A DNA stretch of 64,000 nt from the IMG/VR virus record IMGVR_UViG_3300020057_001232, positions 54,062-118,061 of that record; one strand, written 5' to 3'. Both the position numbers and the translations under genes were made by a program. This stretch comes from a virus. Position 1 is the stretch's first letter; each line of letters starts with the position of its first letter. The notes beneath the pieces were generated by a model, which saw only the letters and a list, made by a program, of their open reading frames with translations, had not been told where the DNA came from and searched no databases. Of this stretch, positions 18,962-29,364 are shown one piece after another.

Positions 18962-20323
18962 TCAGGTCAATGCGTCGTAAATGCGGTAATGTACTTTAAT
19001 CTTCAAAGTCGAGTCACCAGAAGTGAAAGCGTTTGCAGAGATGAGCTTAATCGCTTCGTTAATTCCAAGCTCCACAGTGTCAGGTACTGGATTTGAAGGT
19101 TTTTCAAATCTACGGCTGTTTGCTAAAGCCTTAACCACGCCAGCATCAACACTCAAATTCTGATTCTGCGATGTTTCAAAGTCGATAAGGAGGTCGCTAC
19201 CTGCAATGTAGGGAATGCTGTTAAAAGAGAGAAAGCATTCGACGGCATCTACATCAATGAACTTGCCTGCTCCGGGTGCCGGGACAAGGGTTATCGCAGT
19301 AGTGTGTAGGTTAAGAATCTCAGCGGAGGACACCGTAGTTGTAGCTTCGAGGGAGTTAAGCACTCCAACGACGGCTACTTGGATATTACTGCCTGTCTGC
19401 GTCAGGCTGATGTTTGTGCCTTCAGATAAGGTCACCGAACCGTTGATCGCAGAATCACCAAACTTGGCTACTGACAAGACACCTTTATGGGTGTGGTCAG
19501 CACGAGCATAGAGAGCCGAGACGCCGACCGACCCTGAGGCATTAATGTCAGATCCGGCAGTGATGGAAGGGTTTCCACCGGACGCCGAGATTGTTAAATC
19601 ATTCCCTACTTGAGCGATGGAGACGTTGGAGCCTTCGGTGAAGGTAACGTCGCCGAAGAGCTGCGGACTGCCGGTCTTCTTTACGGAATGGATACCTTCG
19701 TGAGCGTGATCGGCTCTAGCTACATAGGTGGAGACGCCAACTGCGGCTGTTCCTACGGCGGCAGGAGTTGCACTCGCCAAAGGTAAAGTGACACCGATTT
19801 TGATGTCATTCGTTAAGTTCGTTACGGTGACGAGGTTTCCGGCAAGGATTCTCTTAAAGATAAGAGTGTCAATGGCGATCTCTTTGAACACAAGACCTGT
19901 GCCCGTACCCGCAGCGTTGTCAGCGTTGGTGACAGTCCCGCCACCGCCTCCACCAGTCGAACTGATTACAATTGTGTCATCTACGGTGGTGATAATTGTG
20001 TTCGCTCCGGCTTTTAGGGTGCGGAACTCTAAAGTGCTATTGTCTTTGACCTTGAAGACTTGACCCGTACCGTCGCCACGGTTGGCACCGTCCAAAACCT
20101 TGATCGTGTTAGCAGCAGGTGGCGGAGGTGGACCAATGTCGTCATCTGGAGTGTTGTCGATTTCCCAAACACCTTCGACGAGAGGTGGGGAAATAGAAAC
20201 AAACTCTTCGTCCGTTAAGTTGAGGTACTCAAGGGAGAATACAGTGCGTTCATATGTGATATTTGGTCTGACGACCGTAACCGTCTGACGCTGGAGACTT
20301 ATATTTCGTAGGCGAACCGACAT
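18962..20323 (-). CDS. virion structural/fibre protein
   Basis: 'LEFRTLKAG', repeated 'GVS...ARADH.H' motifs, G/T/S-rich. Confidence 0.75.
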   Translation of the reverse strand: MSVRLRNISLQRQTVTVVRPNITYERTVFSLEYLNLTDEEFVSISPPLVEGVWEIDNTPDDDIGPPPPPAANTIKVLDGANRGDGTGQVFKVKDNSTLEFRTLKAGANTIITTVDDTIVISSTGGGGGGTVTNADNAAGTGTGLVFKEIAIDTLIFKRILAGNLVTVTNLTNDIKIGVTLPLASATPAAVGTAAVGVSTYVARADHAHEGIHSVKKTGSPQLFGDVTFTEGSNVSIAQVGNDLTISASGGNPSITAGSDINASGSVGVSALYARADHTHKGVLSVAKFGDSAINGSVTLSEGTNISLTQTGSNIQVAVVGVLNSLEATTTVSSAEILNLHTTAITLVPAPGAGKFIDVDAVECFLSFNSIPYIAGSDLLIDFETSQNQNLSVDAGVVKALANSRRFEKPSNPVPDTVELGINEAIKLISANAFTSGDSTLKIKVHYRIYDALT

Positions 20324-20427
20324 CGCATTACTCCCATGGAAAAGGACGCAGTTTTTACAGACTATTTCTAATCTGTAGAGCTGTTGGCGGTTGCGTTAAT
20401 AGGAGTAAGCGGTTTGAATTTAATCTC

Positions 20428-20928
20428 TCAGTCCCAACCGCCGCCGTCGTCGGAATTACTTTCCCCGTCGTCCTCTTCTGGCTCACTGTAGGTGGGAGCT
20501 ATTCCGATGCTGACGGTGCCTGTAAACTGCTCCCCGAGCTGATTCTTGTCGGGGTACACGTCGATAACAGCCCCGTCCAAGGCGGTAGCTATATGGTTCT
20601 CAATGACCAAAGCGAGCAAGTTGAAGGGTGCCGTGTCGCTAAACTTCAAAGTCAGGGTTGCCTTGCGGGAGGCGTCGAGCCGGACAGTCTTCAGTTTTAT
20701 GAGACGCCCTAAGTCTTCCCTTTGGAAAAATTCCACGAGGGCTCCTGACGAAAAACCAGAGGTCTCTAACGTTACTTCGCAGGGCGTCCCTATGAAGCCT
20801 CGTCCACAAGTCAGAAGCCTGGCTTCTTTCTCCGAGGTAGACGCGGGCATAATACTGCTTAGGGGACTCGCAGCGTAAACGGACGTTGATAACAGCACCG
20901 CAAAAAGGGGTAACAGACGCACAGACAC
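20428..20928 (-). CDS. exported hypothetical protein
   Basis: Signal peptide ending VYA; acidic tail. Confidence 0.65.
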   Translation of the reverse strand: MSVRLLPLFAVLLSTSVYAASPLSSIMPASTSEKEARLLTCGRGFIGTPCEVTLETSGFSSGALVEFFQREDLGRLIKLKTVRLDASRKATLTLKFSDTAPFNLLALVIENHIATALDGAVIDVYPDKNQLGEQFTGTVSIGIAPTYSEPEEDDGESNSDDGGGWD

Positions 20929-20939
20929 CTCTCTTTCAT

Positions 20940-21272
20940 TTACAACCGCAAATTCATAATAGAAAACAAGCTACCGAGCTTTGTGTAGTACGGAGGAAGA
21001 AGAGTAGGAGGATTGAAGGAATTGCAAAAACGGCTTACAAGCTCTACACGGATAATGTCAAGATCTTGAAATGCCGCCTTATCCCAAGGAGGCTGGCAGT
21101 GGAACTCTTGGTACTCACGCTCGATTTTCAGAGTGAGGTCTAAGATGTCGTGAGCATGAAGAAGCCGCTTGATGGCGGCAACGGCGGTGGTGTGGTGAAT
21201 AAGAGTAAGAGTGTCACCTAAAAGGTTTGTCATCAGAACAACTTCGTTGTGCAGGGTGACAATTTCTCCCAT
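20940..21272 (-). CDS. hypothetical protein
   Basis: GGAGG RBS, operonic. Confidence 0.55.
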   Translation of the reverse strand: MGEIVTLHNEVVLMTNLLGDTLTLIHHTTAVAAIKRLLHAHDILDLTLKIEREYQEFHCQPPWDKAAFQDLDIIRVELVSRFCNSFNPPTLLPPYYTKLGSLFSIMNLRL

Positions 21273-21944
21273 TTACCCCTCCTCCGATTCTCCCAACTCT
21301 TCGCTCATGTAATAGGTAATGGTCAGCGGTATAGCTTTCTTGCCGATGGCGAGCTGGACGTAAGAACTGTCCGGGAACTCCATCTCCGCTACCTCAGACC
21401 CGTCAAGCTCGTCGCTCTGCCACTTCAAGCTTGGCAGTCTTACCTGTAATGAATCTTTGATTTTCTGAATGTCTAACTTCTTTTCTTCTTCGTCGTCTTC
21501 GCCGGGGGTACCCTCAGACCAAGTGTAGGTGGGGGGTTTCGGAAGGGTCATTTTCATCGTGGGGAAGATTGCCTTCACGATCTTCAAGAAGTCGTCGAAG
21601 AAGACTCGTTCGGAGGCAGCTTGAACTTTGGCGGCGTATGCGTAAACGTTGGTGTCTTTCATAATATCTTTCAAGTTAAGTGGAACTCGCATGACGGGCT
21701 CCCCAGAAAATGGGAAGCCTTGGTCGTCGAACATAGGTCCCTCGATCAAACCTTTGTAGGGTTTACCCCTGCGGTTGGAGTAATCCGGCAGCTCGACATC
21801 GTTCGCAGGTTCGTCTACGAGCTTGTACTTCCTTTTCAGGAGGCGGAGCTTCTCTTGGTTGATCGGCAAGCCAACACGGTCGAACTCGACATCCATCGAA
21901 ATCGGTTTAAGAGTTGGGGGTCCTTCTGCTTTTATCTTACGCAT
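21273..21944 (-). CDS. hypothetical (putative virion) protein
   Basis: Operonic; MRKIKA leader and internal 'KVQAA'. Confidence 0.65.
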   Translation of the reverse strand: MRKIKAEGPPTLKPISMDVEFDRVGLPINQEKLRLLKRKYKLVDEPANDVELPDYSNRRGKPYKGLIEGPMFDDQGFPFSGEPVMRVPLNLKDIMKDTNVYAYAAKVQAASERVFFDDFLKIVKAIFPTMKMTLPKPPTYTWSEGTPGEDDEEEKKLDIQKIKDSLQVRLPSLKWQSDELDGSEVAEMEFPDSSYVQLAIGKKAIPLTITYYMSEELGESEEG

Positions 21945-22248
21945 CCTCTAATATCCTTATGAGGTATAATAGGTCTGGTCCTGTAATTTTTCTGCCGTAA
22001 GCGGAGGCTTCTCGCATCTCGTGGAGCTTATGCAGTACGTCTGTAACTTTGTCGTCGATGACTTTAAATCCTAAGCTTTCGATTTCTCCCCTAGTGATCT
22101 CGCCGTCGAACCACTGAAGCTTTTGCTGAGTTGTATATGTTGTCCTAATCGTGACGCCATTTTTACTAAGCAGCAATACAGCTCCCTTCATAGGGGAATC
22201 CTCGACCAGCTTTCGTCTTCTAGAACTTTTCTCATGGTGATGTCCCAC
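21937..22248 (-). CDS. hypothetical protein
   Basis: Overlaps both flanking minus-strand genes. Confidence 0.5.
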   Translation of the reverse strand: MGHHHEKSSRRRKLVEDSPMKGAVLLLSKNGVTIRTTYTTQQKLQWFDGEITRGEIESLGFKVIDDKVTDVLHKLHEMREASAYGRKITGPDLLYLIRILEDA

Positions 22249-23177
22249 GAAGTTAGAATATTCTGCGGGTCGTTCTTGCTGACTTCAATGATCTTCCAAC
22301 GGGTCATATCCCACAGCCGAACTACGACATCTTCAAGCGACACCTTCTTCACCTCGTCGGAGAAGACCATGTTGATCTGCTGAAACACTTCGATAGCACC
22401 GTAGTCAGTCAGTACGTCGGACTCCGCACGGCGAGGTACGTCCACTATAAGGATAGGAGGATCTGGCGACACTACTAAGGGACGGAACATAAAATATTGA
22501 AACATCGGCGAAGGATCGGAGGCTACCGCACGCTTTAAGGTCACTCGAAAGCGAAGCCTGCCTCCTTGTGCAACCAAAAGACGCTGCTTAAGAGCAGCTT
22601 CCGAGAAGGGGATAAAGTCGGGATCTGAGTCGTCGAGCATGAATTTGAAATCGACGGTGCCCCCACTTCGACGATACTCGAACTTGGAGATGTCGAGACC
22701 GTAGTAGGTCCCCTGCTCCATGTTTTCAGTCCATTCGACGTAGCCAGAGATGTGGTTTTCTTCGAGGGTAAACCACGGAGGGACGCCGACTAAGTGATTG
22801 ATGAGAGTGTTGACGCCGTACCACTGCCGGGAAGGGTCAAACATGTAGAGGTCCGTGCCCCACTTGAGGTAGCCACCGGCAAAGCCTGTCATAAAACAGA
22901 TAGGGCAGCCATTGTGTGGTGTCGAGTTGACACCTTTCCAGCAAGTGCAGCGGCGTCCTGATCGAAGCCTTTGGTAAAAGAAGACCTGCCTGCCGTCTAC
23001 GCTGATGGCGTTCCGGGTGCGGTTGGCGATTTGAGGGATGAGCTGCTCTTTGGCAACTTGCTTATAAACGTCAACAGCAACGTCCGTTGGATCACCATGA
23101 CTGCGGCTTCCGCTTGGGTCCGGGTTACGGGCGTGGTTGTACATTGTGCTTTTTGTTCTAGGATCACGCAGCGACAT
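22188..23177 (-). CDS. putative neck/head-closure structural protein with Zn-binding motif
   Basis: GRRCTCW...CPICFMTGFAGGY; C-terminal 'EDVVV....RWKI'. Confidence 0.6.
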   Translation of the reverse strand: MSLRDPRTKSTMYNHARNPDPSGSRSHGDPTDVAVDVYKQVAKEQLIPQIANRTRNAISVDGRQVFFYQRLRSGRRCTCWKGVNSTPHNGCPICFMTGFAGGYLKWGTDLYMFDPSRQWYGVNTLINHLVGVPPWFTLEENHISGYVEWTENMEQGTYYGLDISKFEYRRSGGTVDFKFMLDDSDPDFIPFSEAALKQRLLVAQGGRLRFRVTLKRAVASDPSPMFQYFMFRPLVVSPDPPILIVDVPRRAESDVLTDYGAIEVFQQINMVFSDEVKKVSLEDVVVRLWDMTRWKIIEVSKNDPQNILTSWDITMRKVLEDESWSRIPL

Positions 23178-23238
23178 TGTATTCCCACACAAGATTCAAT
23201 TGTTGAACGTCCCTCAAATAATCTAGGGGAAGCTGCTG

Positions 23239-23616
23239 ATGATCCGCATCTCTATAAATTTGACCTATCCTTCTTTTGCAGCCCTCTCGGGGGATGACCA
23301 AAAGCACATCGCCGTGTCGTTAAGCACGCACCTTATCAATTCGTTGCGTTTGAATTACCAATCGTACCCGTTGAATACGGCAACCGTTGGCGACTTCGCA
23401 GTCAACCAGCGTGACTACATCGTTTCAATGAGGCGACCGCTTCTCTTCTCCCGCACTGCCTTCACAATGTTCGGCAACATCAATGAAGACTCCTACCTAG
23501 CCGCACACATGGGGCACCACGTAGCAGCTCTTGTTGAGCAAGGTGTTATCGTTGTCACCGACACTGATACGATGATGGATTTGACTCCAGCCGATATCCT
23601 TACTTTCACTCCTTAA
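23239..23616 (+). CDS. hypothetical protein
   Basis: 125-aa ORF with purine-rich RBS. Confidence 0.65.
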   Translation: MIRISINLTYPSFAALSGDDQKHIAVSLSTHLINSLRLNYQSYPLNTATVGDFAVNQRDYIVSMRRPLLFSRTAFTMFGNINEDSYLAAHMGHHVAALVEQGVIVVTDTDTMMDLTPADILTFTP

Positions 23617-23638
23617 TATCTTCTGGTATTGTTTCAAC

Positions 23639-24181
23639 ATGACAATACCAGAATACGTCCTTTCCTTTGATCCAGGTCAAAAAGACACTACTTGGGCATA
23701 TTGCCTATCGACAGTTAAAGACGGTGAGTTTACGCCCGTAGAAGCTGGCTTCTCTCCCGTTTTTGAAGAACTAGGTACTTTAGACTTCAGCAAGCATTTA
23801 CAATTTAAAGAACGCTTGGTAACTTCATACGGTACAAGTATTGATCTTGTTGCTGAAAGGTTTATAGCTAGAGGCTTTGCGGCGAAGATCGGCGAGTACA
23901 TCCCATTCACTTTGGGTTTTTGGTCACATGCTTGGCAGGTAGGAAACGTGAAGCTTTTAATGGCTTCACAGTGGAAGATCCCCTTCAAGCGGTTCAACTC
24001 CAAATACAAGTTCGAGGATAAGCGGTTAGAAAACTGGTGGGAAGACAGGTTCGCCTATCTGACCACCGAAGAAAACCGAAAGAAGAAAATCGTCCATATA
24101 CAAGATGCTACCGCTATAGGTTTGTTTTATTACCGAAAGATATTGGGTGTAGATTGCAAGCTTCAAGGTCTTCCGTTTTAG
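23639..24181 (+). CDS. RuvC-like (RNase H fold) resolvase/nuclease
   Basis: VLSFDPG, LVAERF, SQWK, HIQDA. Confidence 0.7.
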   Translation: MTIPEYVLSFDPGQKDTTWAYCLSTVKDGEFTPVEAGFSPVFEELGTLDFSKHLQFKERLVTSYGTSIDLVAERFIARGFAAKIGEYIPFTLGFWSHAWQVGNVKLLMASQWKIPFKRFNSKYKFEDKRLENWWEDRFAYLTTEENRKKKIVHIQDATAIGLFYYRKILGVDCKLQGLPF

Positions 24182-24198
24182 GCGAGAACGTTTATTTA

Positions 24199-24807
24199 AT
24201 GAAACACGACTTTAAATGTCCCTACGCAGAAGCCGAGCTGAGACGCCCGTGCGAAGTGGGTAGCTGCAACTTCAACCTTGCGGACAGTCATATTAGTCGA
24301 ACCTATAAACGGTGCTTCCTCAACTATCAAGAGTCGCTCCGCTACAACCCTTTCGCCCTCGAAAAAGACAAGAGCTTCGACTACAACGCCCTCCCTTTGA
24401 AGCAGAAGCACCAACTTGTAGCCTCCTTTTTCAACACTAACTCTCTAGAGGTGGATAGGGTCCACGGCGAATTTTACGCAAGCATCTTCGCCGTTATGGT
24501 GGAAGATACGGTCGTCGGTCTGAAAAGACAGCGGCTTTCCCCCGTGCCTTTTAAACAATGTGCCGTCTGCGGTAACGAGTGCGATCACCTCTACTACCCC
24601 AAGTCAAATGCCTTGCCGGAAGGCTACGGCTACTGTGCCTATACCTGTTTTCAGCTAAAACCACCGCCAGTGCTCGTCGTAGAGAAAAACCTCGAAGTCG
24701 ATTTCTTTGATCTTCTTAAAGCCTTAGCTGCTGAGACAACCCAAGACCGTCCCCGCTTCGTGCGTCAGATTGTGGACTGGATCTTGAGCCGCACGCCTCT
24801 TGTTTGA
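24199..24807 (+). CDS. Cys-rich zinc-binding hypothetical protein
   Basis: CP..C..C..C and CAVC...CAYTC motifs. Confidence 0.65.
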   Translation: MKHDFKCPYAEAELRRPCEVGSCNFNLADSHISRTYKRCFLNYQESLRYNPFALEKDKSFDYNALPLKQKHQLVASFFNTNSLEVDRVHGEFYASIFAVMVEDTVVGLKRQRLSPVPFKQCAVCGNECDHLYYPKSNALPEGYGYCAYTCFQLKPPPVLVVEKNLEVDFFDLLKALAAETTQDRPRFVRQIVDWILSRTPLV

Positions 24808-24897
24808 CTAAAAGATTTGGTTGGTTAGCAAAGAAGAAAGATTCTATGCAAATGGAATCATTAGCGAGCATTACAGTAAAACCCTGAGGACAAAAAA

Positions 24898-25716
24898 ATG
24901 AATAGAATCAACGACAAGATCCTAGACAAGCTTCGTGCGAAGCTTGCAAAGGAAACCCCCTACCGTAGTGACTTCGTACTGGCAGACTTTCAAGTTCTAG
25001 ACGCAGACCGTGGTACTGCCACAGTCCTCGTTCATTATGACGAGAGAGCATTTGGTGTTCCAAGCAAAGAAACCGTAGCCGAGTCCCTTCTTCATCTTTA
25101 CCGTGCCCAAGACGGTCGTCCTCGTTTGCTAGCAGACGCCGCTACTGTTAAGCATTACCCCAAACACCAAGCCGTATCGTGTACGGTTCGCCTTCCAACG
25201 ATCCGTCGTCCAATCGAAGACGTGAAGCGTTTCAACTTGAAGCCAATCGTTGCCGGTACCGTTTTCCTCGGCGAAAACATGGAAGACACTTGGAAAGTTG
25301 GCAAGTCGGCTGAAGGTTCGATCTTTATTGAGCGCCTCGAAGACGACGATATCGACACCATCCTTCGTGAACGCAGCAAGAGCAAAGCATTCCGCACCCA
25401 CGCCACCACGTCCCTTACCCTTAACCGCATCGCAGCGTCGGCTTCCGAGATCAACTACTCGGTCGGTGACAAAGTGAACTGCGCTTACAAAGGCAAAATG
25501 CGTGCAGGCGAGATCGTCGGTCTTTCGGCTCTCGGCGCTCAAGTTCGCTTCGGCGACGGCGAGCAAGCAACTCTAACGACGGCAGCTCTTCACGGTCTTG
25601 TGAAAGCGGCAGCGAAGAGTAACCAAGTCAACAAGCAAGCGTTGAAGGAATACTACCGCAAAGCTTACGGCTTTGGCGAAGCAGAACTAGACAAGCTTGT
25701 CAGCACAATCGACTAA
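24898..25716 (+). CDS. hypothetical (putative capsid-associated) protein
   Basis: GAGG RBS; codon usage suggests high expression. Confidence 0.7.
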   Translation: MNRINDKILDKLRAKLAKETPYRSDFVLADFQVLDADRGTATVLVHYDERAFGVPSKETVAESLLHLYRAQDGRPRLLADAATVKHYPKHQAVSCTVRLPTIRRPIEDVKRFNLKPIVAGTVFLGENMEDTWKVGKSAEGSIFIERLEDDDIDTILRERSKSKAFRTHATTSLTLNRIAASASEINYSVGDKVNCAYKGKMRAGEIVGLSALGAQVRFGDGEQATLTTAALHGLVKAAAKSNQVNKQALKEYYRKAYGFGEAELDKLVSTID

Positions 25717-26242
25717 GTTAGGAGTTGTGGTGGAAGGCTTTAAGCTCAAGTCGCAACCTAAAACGGTTGCTCAGGCAGTTATATTTGCTGAAGCTCACAT
25801 TCGGGCTTTGGGGCTGCCTGAGCTTTCGCCTCTTTCGTTCGTTCAAAAAATCAACGCCAACGAAGTAGTGGCAGGGATCTTTCCGCTGACCAAGCTGCGA
25901 GAGAAGGAAGTTGTTCCGGGGCTTAAGCTTCAGAACGGCTCGTCCGTAATCGAAGTGGTGCGGATGATCCCTACCAACCGTGAGGTGGTTTACAAGAACA
26001 ACAGAGGGGGGCTCTTTCGAATCCCCGCCGAAAAGTTCGTCAAATTAGCTATCCAGCAAGGATACCGCAAAGTCTGGAACATTAGAAACTTCCTTATCAC
26101 ACTGAAGACACTTCTTAAGCCCGTGCTTGATGCCATACCTCTTATGTGGGTATTGAAATGGGTTCTCGGTGCGATACGTAAGCGTCCAGGTGCGTCCTTT
26201 CAGGATAAGCTTCCGAAGCAAACTGATAGGATTGAAAAGTGA
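25697..26242 (+). CDS. hypothetical protein
   Basis: Operonic; AGGAG before GTG near 25727. Confidence 0.6.
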   Translation: MSAQSTKLGVVVEGFKLKSQPKTVAQAVIFAEAHIRALGLPELSPLSFVQKINANEVVAGIFPLTKLREKEVVPGLKLQNGSSVIEVVRMIPTNREVVYKNNRGGLFRIPAEKFVKLAIQQGYRKVWNIRNFLITLKTLLKPVLDAIPLMWVLKWVLGAIRKRPGASFQDKLPKQTDRIEK

Positions 26243-26931
26243 ATGATGACGACTTTACACTTGAGCTGACCAAGCTCGTACAGGAAGCCTCAGACAAGAA
26301 GATCATAAAGCGTGAGCCGAAGATCATTAAGTCTGCGGATATCTCTCGTCTGCCTGAGACCAAAGCCAAAATTGCCAAAATGCAAAAGGACGGCTTTACG
26401 CCGGAGCAGATCGCTCAAGCTATGGGCTTTCCCCAAGAGCAGATCGCCCAATTTTTAGATGACGACGTAGAAGTAGGCACGCCGGAGCAAATTCTTCAAG
26501 AAAGCTTGAAGACATTGTTATCGCTAGTGCCTATTGCGGACTCTGTTTACCGTAACATGCCTACGTTTCAAAACTCGTTGGCGGTTACGGGTCTTATCGA
26601 CTCGTCGAAGTCTTTACTGCAAGAGTTGTCACATCTACAGAATAAAGAAGAGACCTACAGGCTTATCTTAGCAAAAGTCGTACAGCCGATTATCCGAACG
26701 ATGATTAGCGACATGATGACTGAGCTTAGGGTGGTCTTTAAGTCCATTGACAGTAATCCTTCTAAAGAACACCTAGAAACTGATCTACAGACTGCTGCCG
26801 TCAACATAGGTAAAAAGTTCGACGACGCCTACAGGAGATCGAATGAATCCCTTGCTGTTGCTCTCGGCTTAAACCCAGATGCCAAAGCGAGGGTTCTCGC
26901 AGGGATGGCATTAGCAGAGGAAAAGTCATGA
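26239..26931 (+). CDS. HTH-containing protein (possible small terminase)
   Basis: 'GFTPEQIAQAMGFPQEQI' HTH followed by helices. Confidence 0.55.
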   Translation: MNDDDFTLELTKLVQEASDKKIIKREPKIIKSADISRLPETKAKIAKMQKDGFTPEQIAQAMGFPQEQIAQFLDDDVEVGTPEQILQESLKTLLSLVPIADSVYRNMPTFQNSLAVTGLIDSSKSLLQELSHLQNKEETYRLILAKVVQPIIRTMISDMMTELRVVFKSIDSNPSKEHLETDLQTAAVNIGKKFDDAYRRSNESLAVALGLNPDAKARVLAGMALAEEKS

Positions 26932-27992
26932 AATATAAGGTAAGTGCAAAATACAAGCTCGTTGTGGCAAACCGTAAGCAGCGCTATTTCGAAATTCTTC
27001 GTGACGTTCCTTATCCTGACGCACACAAACAGCAAGTTGTAGACCACATCATGAAGCTCTTCGACAGAGAAGACCGCATTATGTGGTACCTGCGTAGGGC
27101 TCGTGCGGCTGACCTTGCTGAAATTTCCTTGAAAGAGCCAGCACACTTCGAACAGTTTAAAGCCGCTCTCGGCGGTGACGAAGCATTACAGAAGCTTCTC
27201 GACGGCAAAGACAAAGCTAAGCAACGTCTCGCCCGTATTGTGAATGCCCCAATCGACACACCAAAATGGACGGAGCGTGTTGAAGCCCTCTACGAAGAGG
27301 GGCAAGCTCTTGCTCGCCACGTCAGCGAGCTTACTAAGATCTTAGCCGAAGCCAAAGAGCTTCAAATGAAAACGGTTCTCGACTACAACTTCCCCGCCGA
27401 ACAAAGCGCAGATGACCTCATTGCACAGCTCAAATCTCGCTATGCTGCGGAGAAAGCACAGCTACCCGACCCACGGCATCTCCGTCCTGTAGACGCCGAA
27501 AAGCCAGTCATTGAGTTCCCAAACGGCTGGGCATGGGTACTTGTAGATAAAGAAACATGTAAACGTGAAGCGGGAGCCATGGAGCACTGCGGCAACTCTA
27601 ATTACAAAGAGGGTGACCGCATTTACTCCCTTAGGGAGCCCATCGAACACGGCAAGAAAAAGGAGCGTCTTTGGAAGCCGCACCTCACCTTCATCATAAA
27701 CAACGGTAACGTTACCGAGATGAAAGGTTTTAGAAATTCTAAACCTAAAAAAGAACTACACAGCTACATCTTAAAGCTTCTAGAAAGCCCTGTCGTAAAA
27801 CATGTCGTCGGTGGTGGCTACAAGCCGCAGAATAACTTCTCTTTGCATGATCTTGACGACGCATTGCTAAAAGCCTTGCTTCGTAAAAAACCTGATATTG
27901 ACAAAGAGAACGACCAGCACGATCATGACGAATATGAAAACGACTTTGATGATAATGAGAACTATGACGATGAGGACGAAGACGACAGATGA
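26928..27992 (+). CDS. PcfJ-like domain putative internal virion protein
   Basis: 'EAGAMEHCGN...IYSLR...PHLT...EMKGFRNSKP'; acidic tail; leader MKYKVSAKYKLVVA. Confidence 0.65.
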   Translation: MKYKVSAKYKLVVANRKQRYFEILRDVPYPDAHKQQVVDHIMKLFDREDRIMWYLRRARAADLAEISLKEPAHFEQFKAALGGDEALQKLLDGKDKAKQRLARIVNAPIDTPKWTERVEALYEEGQALARHVSELTKILAEAKELQMKTVLDYNFPAEQSADDLIAQLKSRYAAEKAQLPDPRHLRPVDAEKPVIEFPNGWAWVLVDKETCKREAGAMEHCGNSNYKEGDRIYSLREPIEHGKKKERLWKPHLTFIINNGNVTEMKGFRNSKPKKELHSYILKLLESPVVKHVVGGGYKPQNNFSLHDLDDALLKALLRKKPDIDKENDQHDHDEYENDFDDNENYDDEDEDDR

Positions 27993-28037
27993 AGTTATTT
28001 CGACTGGTGCCTCGCCGAGATTTAATAAAGAGGCACC

Positions 28038-28616
28038 ATGTTACGCACCAATTTCCAAGACTATGAAATAGTCTTCCAAGAAGCACTTTCCCTTCTGACA
28101 CCAGAAGCGGGTAGCGATCTTGACCTTCACGAACTAGCCCACGAAGTCACTGAGACCTTCCTCTTCAACAACCAGTGCCAATCATCGCTAAAAGTGCATG
28201 TCGCAAAAGTAGTTGAAAAAAACTCTTGCGTTCTCACTTGGGCTGAGCATATGCTGGTTGTAGAAAATACAGATAGAAAATTTGAAGCTGTGGAAGATGC
28301 CGTAGATCTGGGTAGATTATATCTACGCTCATTACCCACACTGAGCCTTGAAGAACGTCGGGATTTCCTGTCGATTCTCGACGGTGACGACATTGACGAC
28401 GCAGCGGTCGAGGCTCTCGCTATCAAATTAAGGAAGACACTAGATGCTCCAGCAAGTCCCAAAAAAGTCCTCTACAAATTCTTCTACAAAGAAGAGCGAT
28501 GCGGGCGACAACTCTGTTACTGGCAAAGTCTCAGCGGTCAAGAAACCGGTCGCAAAAGTTCTAAAACCGATGACAAGAGATCAAATCGAGCACGTCGTAT
28601 CGCCTACTGCCATTAA
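28038..28616 (+). CDS. hypothetical protein
   Basis: GAGG RBS; overlaps next ORF by 173 nt (possible frameshift). Confidence 0.5.
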   Translation: MLRTNFQDYEIVFQEALSLLTPEAGSDLDLHELAHEVTETFLFNNQCQSSLKVHVAKVVEKNSCVLTWAEHMLVVENTDRKFEAVEDAVDLGRLYLRSLPTLSLEERRDFLSILDGDDIDDAAVEALAIKLRKTLDAPASPKKVLYKFFYKEERCGRQLCYWQSLSGQETGRKSSKTDDKRSNRARRIAYCH

Positions 28617-29004
28617 ACAGCAGTTTGACAAGTACGTCGCTCGTGGCATCCTCCCTGAGTCCTCTGTCCCGGCTGAGTTCCGTACCTCTAAAGGTTACGA
28701 CGAACCGCAAGCAATTGCCGCCGACGTAGTGGATGCCGTTAAGTGGCAAGACACTAAAGTCGAAGACCTCCAAGCTATGAAGGTAAAAGACGTAAAGCAG
28801 GAACATCCTTGGGTGGACGAAATCCTTGAGAACTTTGTTGCTTACGACCTATCCCCGACACACAGCAGCGACGAAGCCCGTCTCATTTTAAACGAACTAG
28901 ATAAAGAACTAGAAGCACTTGAAGAGTCTGGTTACGGACCAGACGCTCGTGACTACGTTTTCAAGCTTAAGCGTGAGCTAGAGCTTCTTATTGAAAAGAT
29001 GTGA
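28444..29004 (+). CDS. hypothetical protein
   Basis: 186-aa ORF, natural-looking C-terminal part. Confidence 0.55.
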   Translation: MLQQVPKKSSTNSSTKKSDAGDNSVTGKVSAVKKPVAKVLKPMTRDQIEHVVSPTAIKQQFDKYVARGILPESSVPAEFRTSKGYDEPQAIAADVVDAVKWQDTKVEDLQAMKVKDVKQEHPWVDEILENFVAYDLSPTHSSDEARLILNELDKELEALEESGYGPDARDYVFKLKRELELLIEKM

Positions 29005-29047
29005 TAAGTGGCAATACCGCCGCTAATTATACAATTAGGAGTATGTT

Positions 29048-29293
29048 ATGACTCGTTATACTAATGCCCAAATCGTCGCCGAACTTCGTCGTGTCTTCAA
29101 AGCGAACGGAGAACAGCCGTTTTCCCGCCGTGAGTACCAAGACCTTGGTGAAATTTCCAAAACCACCATCGAAAACCGTTTCGGTACGTGGTCGGCAGCC
29201 CTCGACAAGGCTCGTCTCTTGAATCGCTTCGAGAGAGCTAAGACGGTGAGCAAAAAGGTTGTGCGGAAGAGAAAAGTTTCTCGCCGCAGCTAA
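29048..29293 (+). CDS. stand-alone homing-endonuclease-associated repeat (DNA-binding) protein
   Basis: YTNAQIVAELRR...REY...TIENRFGTWSAAL. Confidence 0.75.
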   Translation: MTRYTNAQIVAELRRVFKANGEQPFSRREYQDLGEISKTTIENRFGTWSAALDKARLLNRFERAKTVSKKVVRKRKVSRRS

Positions 29294-29298
29294 CCCGA

Positions 29299-29338
29299 AA
29301 AACTGGCAGGTGAAGGTCGTTCTTTACCTGCCAGTTTT
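29299..29338 (+). terminator. 17-bp intergenic hairpin
   Basis: AAAACTGGCAGGTGAAG / CTTTACCTGCCAGTTTT. Confidence 0.7.
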
Positions 29339-29364
29339 CATTTGTCCACAGTTTTAGAGGGTAA

